DNA of 60,435 nt from an uncultured virus (IMG/VR IMGVR_UViG_3300030103_005599) (taxonomy: Duplodnaviria > Heunggongvirae > Uroviricota > Caudoviricetes). Shown here piece after piece: positions 38,572-48,322 of the stretch. A model generated the notes under the pieces. The model ran no database searches, was not told the DNA's origin, and worked only from the letters and a program-made list of their open reading frames with translations. The stretch lies in the IMG/VR virus record IMGVR_UViG_3300030103_005599, one strand, 5' to 3'. Numbering within the stretch: the first letter of the stretch is position 1; every line of letters begins with the position of its first letter. The position numbers and the translations under genes are program-made.

Positions 38572-39113
38572 GCCTTTACCATTAGATAATCACTTTTAAA
38601 CATGTCATCTATACCTTTCAATTCATAACCCCACTTTTGTAAAAGTTCTACACAATCTATGTTGCCTTTGTTTTGTTCTACAATTATTACTGGAAAATAT
38701 TTTTTTATTGTTTTTTCACTTCCTTTTATTGCCCGTAATTCGTATCCTTCAATATCATACTTGATGAATCCAACATTATCATATTCAAAACTGTCTATGG
38801 TTTTAATAGGTACCTTGATATTTCCCCTATCTTTGATTCTTCCAACACGATCACTACTAGTGAATGAATGTCCTACTCTTTCCCCAATACCACAAACTGT
38901 GTAAGTAAATTTTCTATTGTCTTTTACATTACGTGAAAATTCTTTTCTTTTATCCCTAAAGTCAAATGCAAATACGTGCTTAAAGTCATCCTCCATCTGT
39001 GCCGAAAAACCTCCCTCTCTACATCCGACATCAATACCGATTGTGTTTTTTGTAATATAAGGTTTTGCCATGGCATAGGTTTCTCGCCAGTTTTTTAGAT
39101 GCTGTTGATCCAT
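38568..39113 (-). CDS. FkbM-family methyltransferase
   Basis: IDVGCREG and FIKYDIEGYE..AIKG motifs. Start set at the TAATG overlap at 39113. Confidence 0.8.
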   Translation of the reverse strand: MDQQHLKNWRETYAMAKPYITKNTIGIDVGCREGGFSAQMEDDFKHVFAFDFRDKRKEFSRNVKDNRKFTYTVCGIGERVGHSFTSSDRVGRIKDRGNIKVPIKTIDSFEYDNVGFIKYDIEGYELRAIKGSEKTIKKYFPVIIVEQNKGNIDCVELLQKWGYELKGIDDMFKSDYLMVKA

Positions 39114-39379
39114 TATAATTTTTTTTCGTGTTCGGTTAGCCATGCCTCTAGTTCGGGACCGGTGAGCGGATGAGGTGTAAGCCATTCTTGAACTCCGGGT
39201 GTAGATGCCCATTTACCGCTTGGCATTTGCCATGCATTATGCTTTGGCTCTTCGACATGTCTCCCGACCATGTACCTTCTTGTGCCTGGCCCATATGGTT
39301 TAATTTCAGATTGCACTACGACTAGTCCAAGTTTCTCAATCCATTCGAGCATTCTCTCTTTGTGATTTTTTTTTGGCAT
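39113..39379 (-). CDS. Hypothetical protein
   Basis: 88 aa, with minus-strand TAAATA 5 nt upstream. Confidence 0.6.
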   Translation of the reverse strand: MPKKNHKERMLEWIEKLGLVVVQSEIKPYGPGTRRYMVGRHVEEPKHNAWQMPSGKWASTPGVQEWLTPHPLTGPELEAWLTEHEKKL

Positions 39380-39404
39380 ACACTTATTTAACGGGCAAAA
39401 TAAG

Positions 39405-40217
39405 TTACAATATCTGCATATCCATAAGGATCTCTACTGCCCGACCGTTACTAAATTCTTCTGGTGTGAATTGCTGGTAAGCCAAACTATACAGCCATGG
39501 TTCTGGATCAGCGAAAAAAGGTTCTTCTATATCTTCTAGATGTAAATTACCCATTGCACTTGCAAAACTTTTTTCATGACTAAACACAGGCACTCCCATG
39601 CATACTGCTTCGACGGCACTAATACTACAACTAGTCACACACGCCCATGCATCTTTGAGATCCTCGGATAGGGGAACTTTTGCCTCACTTGGTCCTGACG
39701 TTCCCCTGCCCCTAGGCTTGTGTCGAAGTTTGATTGGTCTGTCTGTGTATCGCTTTAACGACTCCACAGTGTTATTGGTCCAATTTATTTGGTCCAAATA
39801 ATTGTGTATACCTGCAGAACTCGGACAGACAAGAATATGATCGCCTTTTAATTTTGGTGCTTTTATTTTTATATTGAACTTGTCAAATCTATCAGGTTTA
39901 CAATCTTTGTAAAACTTTGCATGAATTCTGTTGTTACACAAACGCCAATAATGATTATTAGGCTGAAGATTGTTATTATCAAATCTACCAAAGTAAGGGG
40001 TATCCGCAAACCAAAAATTATGTTTCCGTTTTTCTAACTTTCTCACCATGTCCAAATTGTTATTAACAAACCCCCAAAACATAGAATTAGCCTTTGGCTC
40101 TTTGTGTTTAGTATTGTCTAAAACATCAACTTGGTCTGGCCAGGACTTCTGCACACCGTTAAAAACTTCCCAGGCTTTGCTATTTTTATTATTGAATGGA
40201 GCGTAAATTGTTAGCAT
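39405..40217 (-). CDS. GT-B-like protein, capsule-synthesis (KpsS/KpsC-like) family paralogue
   Basis: ILVCPSS, TDRPIKLRHKP and VT..S...EAV..GVPVF motifs. Confidence 0.55.
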   Translation of the reverse strand: MLTIYAPFNNKNSKAWEVFNGVQKSWPDQVDVLDNTKHKEPKANSMFWGFVNNNLDMVRKLEKRKHNFWFADTPYFGRFDNNNLQPNNHYWRLCNNRIHAKFYKDCKPDRFDKFNIKIKAPKLKGDHILVCPSSAGIHNYLDQINWTNNTVESLKRYTDRPIKLRHKPRGRGTSGPSEAKVPLSEDLKDAWACVTSCSISAVEAVCMGVPVFSHEKSFASAMGNLHLEDIEEPFFADPEPWLYSLAYQQFTPEEFSNGRAVEILMDMQIL

Positions 40218-40884
40218 CTATAAATTCTTTCATCAGTGTTGCCCATTGTGTGTGTCCTTCTGTATTTGGATGAGGATCTCCTGTTTTACATTCTTGTTTG
40301 TTTGCAACTGTAAAGTCTAGATGACTTGTTTCGGGCCTAAAAAATCTTTTTTTGTTTAAACTATCATGCATCAATTGGACATCACTGTTAGTAATCTTTG
40401 CATCTGCTAGAGTATTATAAAAGAGATATGGATATTTTCTCTTCTCAAAAAAATCTTGCAAGTCAAGTAAAGTTAATAATGATTCTATCTGTGTCATTTG
40501 GTCTATATCAGCACCTAACTTGAATAGATATTTCATAAAAGATCTAGTGCTATTGTCTCTGTTTGGATCCCAAGTTTTCCAAGTTGTTTCCATTGTGGGG
40601 AACTTATGTTTTTTATAACCGTCATTAGTTGGATAATCAAATCTATTACCGCCGCTTGATCCAATTAGGAAAAAACATTTTTCTGCTTGATCCGGAAATT
40701 TTTCACACCAGGTCCTTGTAGTCCACATTAATCTTTTGCTACCACGTCCGCCATTTGCCAAATTAACTTCTACTTCAAGGTCCATCATTTTTGCTAGTTG
40801 CTCGCCTGCATGAGTGTGTACATTGTCGCGAGGACGTGTGGTTAGAAACGAACAACCGTTTATGAACATCTTGGATATTGCCAT
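40189..40884 (-). CDS. SGNH/GDSL-like hydrolase or acyltransferase
   Basis: NGCSF (block I), NLANGG.G (block II) and DPHPN..GH (block V). Confidence 0.7.
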   Translation of the reverse strand: MAISKMFINGCSFLTTRPRDNVHTHAGEQLAKMMDLEVEVNLANGGRGSKRLMWTTRTWCEKFPDQAEKCFFLIGSSGGNRFDYPTNDGYKKHKFPTMETTWKTWDPNRDNSTRSFMKYLFKLGADIDQMTQIESLLTLLDLQDFFEKRKYPYLFYNTLADAKITNSDVQLMHDSLNKKRFFRPETSHLDFTVANKQECKTGDPHPNTEGHTQWATLMKEFIDANNLRSIQ

Positions 40885-40913
40885 GCGATAATTATATACT
40901 AATTATTGCCAAA

Positions 40914-42002
40914 ATGCCAGTAAAAAATATTAACTCATTAAAGTACTTTTTAGATAGGTGGGAAACTGTTGATCAAGAATACCAGTACACCGTGCCGTAT
41001 AATAATTCTGTAAACACAAATTTTAAAAGTTTACCAACATTTGTTGCAGAATTTCATAATTGTAAAGTACATTCGTGTCCATTATTAATCACAATGGAAA
41101 ATAAAATGATAACGCAACATGTATGGCCATTGACACACCAATCTAGGATGAAACCAAAAAAATCTCATAACCTTTGGGCCGAGTGGAAAGAAAATATGAA
41201 CGTGGATATTCCGCCAGTTACACAAACATTTCCTGAAAAATATTGCTATGTATGGTTACCAATAGACGAAGCAAGTGCCAATAATCCGTGGCATATATGG
41301 ATCGACGTAATTTCTAAATTTAGACTGGTCGAAAAGCGATGGTCAACAAATTTTAGTAGGTACTGTTTTGTTTTAGCCAATCATAGTCCATACTTCGACA
41401 AAGTGTTAAAAGAATTATTTCCTGATGTAAAAGTTGTTGTGATGCCTAAAAATGAAACATGGCAATTTAAACATTTGTTAGTGCCTAGTATGAGTAACAC
41501 CCAGGACGGCGTGATAACACCACACCTTGCTCCATGGCTACGTCATTTCAAGGGTTTGCATGGTCTCAAAGAAATACAACCTTCTCGTAAGATACTAGTG
41601 CTACGTCCAGGAGCAAAAACTAGAAGACTGGTAAACTCAAACGAATTAGTTCTAGCGTTGAAAGGATGGGAAACTGTCGCACTAGAAAATATGACAATCA
41701 AAGAACAGATGAAAACATTTGCAGAGGCAACACACGTGGTTGCGGCTCATGGTGCCGGTCTAGTAAATCTGTTATGGTGTAAGTCGGGCACAAAAGTAAT
41801 CGAGATTCAAGATCCAAAAATGGTTCACAAAAAAGTTTACCCAGTTTTATCTCACCATTTGGGATTGAAACATGAATTATATCTTGCTAACACTGTTCCT
41901 ATAGAAATGACCGGCGGTAAGAAGCCTAAGGGTGTAAAAAGATTTAGTGATCTGATCAACTTCGAAGTGGATGTAGCAAACTTTATAAAACATTTAGATT
42001 AA
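40914..42002 (+). CDS. GT61-like (DUF563) glycosyltransferase
   Basis: NPWHIWID, R.LVN, EQ...F..A..VVAAHGAGLVN.LW....TKVIEI motifs. Confidence 0.78.
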   Translation: MPVKNINSLKYFLDRWETVDQEYQYTVPYNNSVNTNFKSLPTFVAEFHNCKVHSCPLLITMENKMITQHVWPLTHQSRMKPKKSHNLWAEWKENMNVDIPPVTQTFPEKYCYVWLPIDEASANNPWHIWIDVISKFRLVEKRWSTNFSRYCFVLANHSPYFDKVLKELFPDVKVVVMPKNETWQFKHLLVPSMSNTQDGVITPHLAPWLRHFKGLHGLKEIQPSRKILVLRPGAKTRRLVNSNELVLALKGWETVALENMTIKEQMKTFAEATHVVAAHGAGLVNLLWCKSGTKVIEIQDPKMVHKKVYPVLSHHLGLKHELYLANTVPIEMTGGKKPKGVKRFSDLINFEVDVANFIKHLD

Positions 42003-42892
42003 TGAAAATAAAACTAATAACATCTTATAAACCAGGAACTTGGAGTCAATTTGCAAAACGTGGAATTGATTCCATGGCAAAAAATCTTCCTAATAATATA
42101 GATATAGTTTTGTACTGCGAAGAACCAAAACCAGCAGATGTGGATACGAGGATTACTTGTATTGATTTGAATACTGCAGAACCTGAACTAGTAAATTTCA
42201 AAAACAAATACAAAAACGATCCTGTTGCAAATGGCAAGTTAGAAAAAATTGATGGCGGGGTACGTAGATCACAGCACCTAAAAGGTCTGGACAAGGACAA
42301 ACAATCTTTCTTATGGGACGCTGTTAGATTTTCAAATAAAGTATTTTGTATTATAAATGCTGTACGTAATTCACAAGAGTATGATTATGTTGTTTGGTTA
42401 GATGCAGATACATACACATTCAGGCCCGTACCTATAGATTTTTTTACAAATATTTTACCAACAGACACAATGTTGACTTACCTTGGCAGAGAAAATCCTA
42501 CGTTAGGCGATGGAGGGGTGTATCCGGAATGTGGTTTTGTTGGATACAATCTTAAACACAAAGAAACTATTAATTTTATAAATGATTGGGAGCAGTTGTA
42601 CGTCACCGGCAATGTATTCAATTTATTAGAATGGCATGATTCTGCAGTGTTTTGGGATTTGTCAAAACAATATAGGAAAGAGAAAAATATCAAAGTAAAT
42701 GATATTGGTTATTGGAAAGGTGTTAAAGGACATCACGTTTTCGTCAATAGTGAACTAGGTCTTTACATGGACCATTTCAAAGGCAAAAGAAAAACCCATA
42801 AAACATCAACACAAAAAGATCTTAGGCAAAATCCTAAAGCAAAAGTTGACGTGCAAAACATCGACTATTGGAAAAAAGTACCACGAGCATAA
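42002..42892 (+). CDS. GT-A glycosyltransferase-like protein (paralogue of 47441)
   Basis: WDAVRFSNKVF, VWLDAD, ECGFVGYN, WHDS and MDHFKG motifs. Confidence 0.7.
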   Translation: MKIKLITSYKPGTWSQFAKRGIDSMAKNLPNNIDIVLYCEEPKPADVDTRITCIDLNTAEPELVNFKNKYKNDPVANGKLEKIDGGVRRSQHLKGLDKDKQSFLWDAVRFSNKVFCIINAVRNSQEYDYVVWLDADTYTFRPVPIDFFTNILPTDTMLTYLGRENPTLGDGGVYPECGFVGYNLKHKETINFINDWEQLYVTGNVFNLLEWHDSAVFWDLSKQYRKEKNIKVNDIGYWKGVKGHHVFVNSELGLYMDHFKGKRKTHKTSTQKDLRQNPKAKVDVQNIDYWKKVPRA

Positions 42893-42911
42893 ACAACCAT
42901 AATTAAATTAA

Positions 42912-43895
42912 ATGAAAAAGATTGCATTTGTAACAGGAATGACCGGGCAAGACGGTCCATACCTAGCCAAACATTTATTAGAAAAAGACTACAAAGTTTA
43001 TGGTTTGGTAAAAAGATATAGCAATCCAAATCTATCAAATTTAAATTACCTAGGAATAGAAAACGACGTAGAACTGATAACAGGTGATATCACTGACGAT
43101 GCCAACATGAATCATCTTGTAAGAACTATTCGTCCTAACGAATTTTACAATTTGGCCGCACAAAGTTTTGTTGGTGCCAGTTGGGAACTCAACAAACAAA
43201 CAAGTGAAGTAAATGGCATGGGTGTCCTAAACATCCTAAACGCAATAGTAAATCAAAATCCACTGACAAGATTTTATCAAGCAAGTACAAGCGAACTGTA
43301 TGGTAATGCAAACATTGAAGGTGTTCAAGATGAAAACACACCTTTCCATCCACGTTCACCATATGGTGTGTCAAAACTTTATGCTTACTGGATGACCGTA
43401 AACTTCCGAGAAAGTTACAGCATACATGCTTCTAATGGAATACTGTTTAATCATGAATCGCCAATCAGAGGTAAAGAATTTGTAACAAGAAAAATTACAG
43501 ACGGAGTCGCTAAAATTAAATTAGGATTATCAAAAAAACTTACATTAGGAAATCTTGATGCAAAAAGAGATTGGGGATTTGCTGGAGATTTTGTTGAGGC
43601 AATGTACACAATGGTACAACAGAAGGACCCAGGAGATTACGTAATCTGCACAGGAGTGCAACATTCTATCAGAGAATTACTTACCCATGCTTTTAGAACT
43701 GCTGACATAGAAGATTGGGAACAATACGTCGAGTCAGATCCACGTTTCAAACGTCCAGCGGAAGTACATGCATTGCATGGATCATATTCAAAAGCAAAAG
43801 AAAAATTAGGGTGGGAACCTAAAACCGAATTCAGAGACATGGTTGCTTTGATGGTTAATGAAGATATCAAGAGACTGTCCCATGATTTACGTTAG
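42912..43895 (+). CDS. gmd: GDP-mannose 4,6-dehydratase
   Basis: TGMTGQDG.YL, YNLAAQSFV, QASTSELYG, PRSPYGVSK, LFNHES..RG.EFVTRKI and RDWG motifs. Confidence 0.94.
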   Translation: MKKIAFVTGMTGQDGPYLAKHLLEKDYKVYGLVKRYSNPNLSNLNYLGIENDVELITGDITDDANMNHLVRTIRPNEFYNLAAQSFVGASWELNKQTSEVNGMGVLNILNAIVNQNPLTRFYQASTSELYGNANIEGVQDENTPFHPRSPYGVSKLYAYWMTVNFRESYSIHASNGILFNHESPIRGKEFVTRKITDGVAKIKLGLSKKLTLGNLDAKRDWGFAGDFVEAMYTMVQQKDPGDYVICTGVQHSIRELLTHAFRTADIEDWEQYVESDPRFKRPAEVHALHGSYSKAKEKLGWEPKTEFRDMVALMVNEDIKRLSHDLR

Positions 43896-44697
43896 TGCAA
43901 CTAACAGAAAACTTACTGAAAAATATGTTGACTGGGCCGTACAAGGCTTGCCAGGTGCACAAAAATTATTACCTAACGAAATAGTTGGCAAAACAGACTG
44001 CACCAAAGTGGTACTATTCGGTGTCCTACGTGGCACACATTTAGTTTACAAATGGGCTCAGCAAAATAAAATAGATTTCTACTACATGGATAGACCTTAC
44101 TGGGGAGAGACAAGGAACTCTCCTTTTTATACAAAAGTAGTAAAAAATAATCATCTTAAAAACTGGCAAGAGCAAAGACCCGATGATCGTTTTAAGAATT
44201 CGTTCCCATGGCCTATAAAACCATGGAAGAAAGATGGCAAAAATATAATAGTGTGTCCGCCATCCAATGCTATGCAAGAATTTTTTGGAGTGCATAATTG
44301 GCTCGACAAAACGATCGAAACACTTAAGGCAAATACCGACAGACCCATCATTGTCAAAAACAAAGGATATAATCCTATAATAGGATTCGACAAGCACGGG
44401 GGATATGTTGTGACGGGCAAAGACGACACAAAACCTAGCGGACCAATAGATTGGGACGATGCTTATGCAGTTGTCACGTACAATTCAAATATCACATTGG
44501 AGGCAACAACAAGAGGTATACCGTGTTTCACTGACCCGCACAATGCGTGTGCACCTATATCAGAAACTGATTTCACAAAAATAGAAACACCTAAATATGT
44601 TGAAAGAGAGCCATTATATCATTCAATGGCATATGGACAGTTCACAGCAGAAGAAATAAAAAACGGATATGCATGGAAAGTATTAGATGAAAGTTGA
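43882..44697 (+). CDS. GT-B-like capsule-synthesis family paralogue
   Basis: IIVCPPS, TDRPIIVK and VVTYNS...EA..RGIP motifs. Confidence 0.55.
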   Translation: MIYVSATNRKLTEKYVDWAVQGLPGAQKLLPNEIVGKTDCTKVVLFGVLRGTHLVYKWAQQNKIDFYYMDRPYWGETRNSPFYTKVVKNNHLKNWQEQRPDDRFKNSFPWPIKPWKKDGKNIIVCPPSNAMQEFFGVHNWLDKTIETLKANTDRPIIVKNKGYNPIIGFDKHGGYVVTGKDDTKPSGPIDWDDAYAVVTYNSNITLEATTRGIPCFTDPHNACAPISETDFTKIETPKYVEREPLYHSMAYGQFTAEEIKNGYAWKVLDES

Positions 44698-45667
44698 AAT
44701 ATTTAGAAGGACAGTAAAAGACAGACGTAGGGGTGCAAGTTGGGACCTTCTACAATATATGGCAGAGGGTGTGAGAGCATGTGGTGACGAACCTGTTATT
44801 GTTAACGAACACATGACGGGTCCGTGGCAGGACAATGAGATGGAACCAACAGCACCAATCGGTTGCATGTTTGGTTACGGAGGCACAAAGCAAAGGCATC
44901 ACACCAAAGGCCGAAGACTGGATCTCGTTGAACGTGCAAAGAAAAAAGGCATATACATAATAACATTTGACGGAGGATTGCTTTCAAGTTTTGGTAATGT
45001 GCATGGACCTAATCATCATTGGCGAGTATCTTTATATTCACCCATGAACAACGGAAATTTTTTAAGTGATAACTCACCACCTGACAGATGGGAAGCGGCA
45101 AAGGCCAGATGGAATGTGAAAAGTGAACCGTGGAGAAAGTCTAATCAAGATGATCCAATTATGTTTGTTTTACAACCTAAAGATAATTGGAGCATGAACG
45201 AACTTGATCCTATAGAATGGTTTCATGGAGTGTATGAAAAATTAAGACCTATAACCGATAGGAAATTTATTGTGAGGCCGCATCCAAATCATGTAGTAAA
45301 CATAGAACAACGAAGAAAAGAATTTCCCGAAGACGTAGAAGTGCATATTGGTCAAAAATACTTCCAAGGAGATGAGAAAAAGTACTATAGATTCCATTTC
45401 CAAGAAGCAATAACTAATATTCATGCTGTTGTTACTCACAATTCTACTGCCGGTGTCGACTCCTGCGTTCGTGGAATCCCTACCTTTAATACCTCAGATC
45501 TTGCAATTAGTTGGCCAGTAGCAAACAAAGATTTAAACAATATAGAAACTCCAGAATATCCTGATAGGACACAGTGGCTACACGACCTAGGTTACAAACT
45601 ATGGAGCGAAAAAGAAATCAAGGACGGCACAGTTTTCAAAAGATATAAAACAAAGTTAGGCCTGTAA
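44687..45667 (+). CDS. GT-B-like capsule-synthesis family paralogue
   Basis: LQPKD, IVRPHP and VVTHNST.GVD...RGIP motifs. Confidence 0.6.
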   Translation: MKVEIFRRTVKDRRRGASWDLLQYMAEGVRACGDEPVIVNEHMTGPWQDNEMEPTAPIGCMFGYGGTKQRHHTKGRRLDLVERAKKKGIYIITFDGGLLSSFGNVHGPNHHWRVSLYSPMNNGNFLSDNSPPDRWEAAKARWNVKSEPWRKSNQDDPIMFVLQPKDNWSMNELDPIEWFHGVYEKLRPITDRKFIVRPHPNHVVNIEQRRKEFPEDVEVHIGQKYFQGDEKKYYRFHFQEAITNIHAVVTHNSTAGVDSCVRGIPTFNTSDLAISWPVANKDLNNIETPEYPDRTQWLHDLGYKLWSEKEIKDGTVFKRYKTKLGL

Positions 45668-47427
45668 TGTGTGGCATATACGGAATAACCGAACACAATC
45701 CAGAATTTATACAGAACTTTATCCAGACCTGTGAACATAGAGGGCCAGACGGGAACAAGGTCTGGTGGGATCCGGAACATAAACTTACATTGGGACACAA
45801 TCTATTAAGCATCATGGCCAACCCACAACTTTCTATACAACCATGGAAGACACCCAAAGGTAACACTCTGGTCTACAACGGTGAAATTTTCAACTACTAT
45901 GAATTGAAAGAAAAATATAACAACAAAGGCTTTGCGGGTATCACCGGATGTGACACAGAACTTTTGGCTTGGGGACTCGACAAGTTTGGACTGGATTTCA
46001 TAGACGAAATAGATTCGATGCATGGATTTGCATATTACAAAAAAGACAAACAACAACTTTGGTTGTCTAGAGACCATGCTGGCGTGAAGCCTCTGTACTA
46101 TGCTGAAATCGATGAAGGATTGGTGTTTGGATCGGAAATTAAAGGCATGTTAGACAAGGTACCGGGAAGCAGGAAGATGGATAACCTAGCAGTCAGTTTT
46201 ATGGCACGTACCGGTATAAATGCTCTGCGTAATACTTTCTTCACTGGCATCAAAAAATTATTAGCAGGCGAAACAATAGTATATGACATGGCCCAAAAAA
46301 AGATTACAAACACCCATAGGGTTCATATCAAACCAATCGGAGATAAAAGTTTCAGCGAAGAAGAATTTAGAAAAATGGCACGTAAGACAGTTGAGATGTG
46401 TGCTATTGGCCGTAGAAAAATTGGTGTGTTCTTAAGCGGTGGATTAGATTCAAGTGTAGTTGCATACGAATTGAAACAAATAAAAGGTGAAGCAAATACA
46501 TTCACGAACAGAATGAATCCAAATGTACAAGCCGACGAAGACTACAACAGTGATGCAAATTGTGCCAAAATACTAGCAAACGAAAATAGTTTCAATCATA
46601 AAGAAGTGGTAATCACTCCAGAAGCATTCATCGACAAATGGGACGACAGCATATATTACATGGAACAGCCGGTGTACAATCCTAGCATGTCGATGTATTG
46701 CTATACAAACAAGTTTTTAGCAGACAATGAAATCGTAGTAACACTAGCAGGTGATATGGGTGATGAGATATTAGCAGGATATCCAAAATATTGGAAAATG
46801 AAAAATCCAGAATTCTTACAGAAAAAAATAGGAAAATCAAAAATAGAAAGTTGGGACGATGTGTTGAAACTTTGGCTGAACCGTATCAAGCGTCCACTGA
46901 ACCTCACAGATAATCCTGTTCCCGATCACATACTGCTCGAAGAGTTCAAAAAGTGTTATGAGGGAGAACTATGGAATCCAAATGATCCAATTGGCTCTCA
47001 TATGGCACTAGACTGTGTTGCACAGGTGCCGGAAGAAATGTTTAGTAGAAATGACAAATACGGCATGGCGTACAGCATGGAGGGACGTTTCCCTTTAGCA
47101 ACCAAGACTTTTATGAAATATTGTTTTGGCATTCACACAGATGACAAGATGGGAAAAGACAAAAGTGATACAAAAATATTGATTAAGAAAGCGTATGCTG
47201 GTAGACTGCCAGATGCAATTATTAACAAACAAAAGACAGGATGGACTGTGCCTGTAGGACACTGGCTTACAAAAAGTACAAGTAACAAACTTAACAAGTT
47301 CTACAATGAACGCACAGGCAAGGAATCCAAACTGAACGTAGTACGTGCCAGCCAAAAAGCAGGCAAGGCATTAATACCAGCGTGGATGGTCAGCGATTGG
47401 ATTAAAAAATACAACATGACAAGGTAA
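45667..47427 (+). CDS. asnB: Asparagine synthase-like glutamine amidotransferase
   Basis: N-terminal MCGI, HRGPD, YNGEIFN, RD..GVKPLYY, LSGGLDSS, GDE..AGY and E.RFP motifs. Confidence 0.9.
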   Translation: MCGIYGITEHNPEFIQNFIQTCEHRGPDGNKVWWDPEHKLTLGHNLLSIMANPQLSIQPWKTPKGNTLVYNGEIFNYYELKEKYNNKGFAGITGCDTELLAWGLDKFGLDFIDEIDSMHGFAYYKKDKQQLWLSRDHAGVKPLYYAEIDEGLVFGSEIKGMLDKVPGSRKMDNLAVSFMARTGINALRNTFFTGIKKLLAGETIVYDMAQKKITNTHRVHIKPIGDKSFSEEEFRKMARKTVEMCAIGRRKIGVFLSGGLDSSVVAYELKQIKGEANTFTNRMNPNVQADEDYNSDANCAKILANENSFNHKEVVITPEAFIDKWDDSIYYMEQPVYNPSMSMYCYTNKFLADNEIVVTLAGDMGDEILAGYPKYWKMKNPEFLQKKIGKSKIESWDDVLKLWLNRIKRPLNLTDNPVPDHILLEEFKKCYEGELWNPNDPIGSHMALDCVAQVPEEMFSRNDKYGMAYSMEGRFPLATKTFMKYCFGIHTDDKMGKDKSDTKILIKKAYAGRLPDAIINKQKTGWTVPVGHWLTKSTSNKLNKFYNERTGKESKLNVVRASQKAGKALIPAWMVSDWIKKYNMTR

Positions 47428-47440
47428 TGTAAATATTTTC

Positions 47441-48322
47441 ATGAAGATCAAAGTAATAACATCATACAAGCCAGGCACATGGAACCAATACGCCAAACGT
47501 GCAGTAGACAGTGTATTAGAACATTGGCCGGAGGGCACTGAAATCGCAGTGTACCATGAGTCACAGGCACAGGATATTTTTGAACATCCAAGAGTGCAAT
47601 GGCTTGATGTCCATGCTGTTCAGCCAGAATTATTGAAATTTAAAAATAAACACAAAGACGATCCTGTAGCAAATGGTGAGATAGAATTAAAACCCAACGG
47701 GGTGAGGAGGCCAGGTCCTATGCCGTCCAAAGGATCATTCCAGTGGAATGCTGTTAGATTTGCAAACAAAGTATTTTGTGTGACACACGCAATAAAGTCT
47801 AATACTGATTATGATTATGTAATTTGGCTTGATGCTGACACATATAGTTTCCGTTCCATGCCAGAAAGTTTTTTACAACAAGTGTTACCCAAAGACACAT
47901 TAATAACCTATCTTGGGCGAGAGAATCCAAAACTAAACGACGGAGGCAAAGATCCAGAATGCGGATTTGTTGGATATAATTTAAAACATCCAGAGATACA
48001 AAACTTTAACACCGACTGGGAAAATCTTTATATAAATGGAGGAGTATTCAAACTTACGTCAGGATGGACAGACTGTTCTTCGCTTTGGTTCCTCTCTAAA
48101 AAATATCAAAAAGAAAAAGATGCAAAAGTAAATGACATAGGATACGCTAGTGGCGTAAGAGGACATCATGTATTCATTAATAGCGTCTTAGGATTATACA
48201 TGGACCACTTCAAAGGCAAAAGAAAGGAGACAGGAACTAGTTGGAAAAAAGATTTCAAACCACAATCACGCGAAGAAACAAAAGGTATTGCTGATTTGGA
48301 TTATTGGAAAAAAGTAAAATGA
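47441..48322 (+). CDS. GT-A glycosyltransferase-like protein (paralogue of 42002)
   Basis: End-to-end similarity to 42002-42892 (ITSYKPGTW, WLDADTY, YLGRENP, GLYMDHFKGKRK). Confidence 0.7.
   Translation: MKIKVITSYKPGTWNQYAKRAVDSVLEHWPEGTEIAVYHESQAQDIFEHPRVQWLDVHAVQPELLKFKNKHKDDPVANGEIELKPNGVRRPGPMPSKGSFQWNAVRFANKVFCVTHAIKSNTDYDYVIWLDADTYSFRSMPESFLQQVLPKDTLITYLGRENPKLNDGGKDPECGFVGYNLKHPEIQNFNTDWENLYINGGVFKLTSGWTDCSSLWFLSKKYQKEKDAKVNDIGYASGVRGHHVFINSVLGLYMDHFKGKRKETGTSWKKDFKPQSREETKGIADLDYWKKVK

Noticed and set aside
45667..47427. AsnB as an amino-acid metabolism auxiliary gene
   Set aside because: It is embedded among glycosyltransferases, where AsnB-like enzymes typically amidate sugars; asparagine synthesis is not supported by context.
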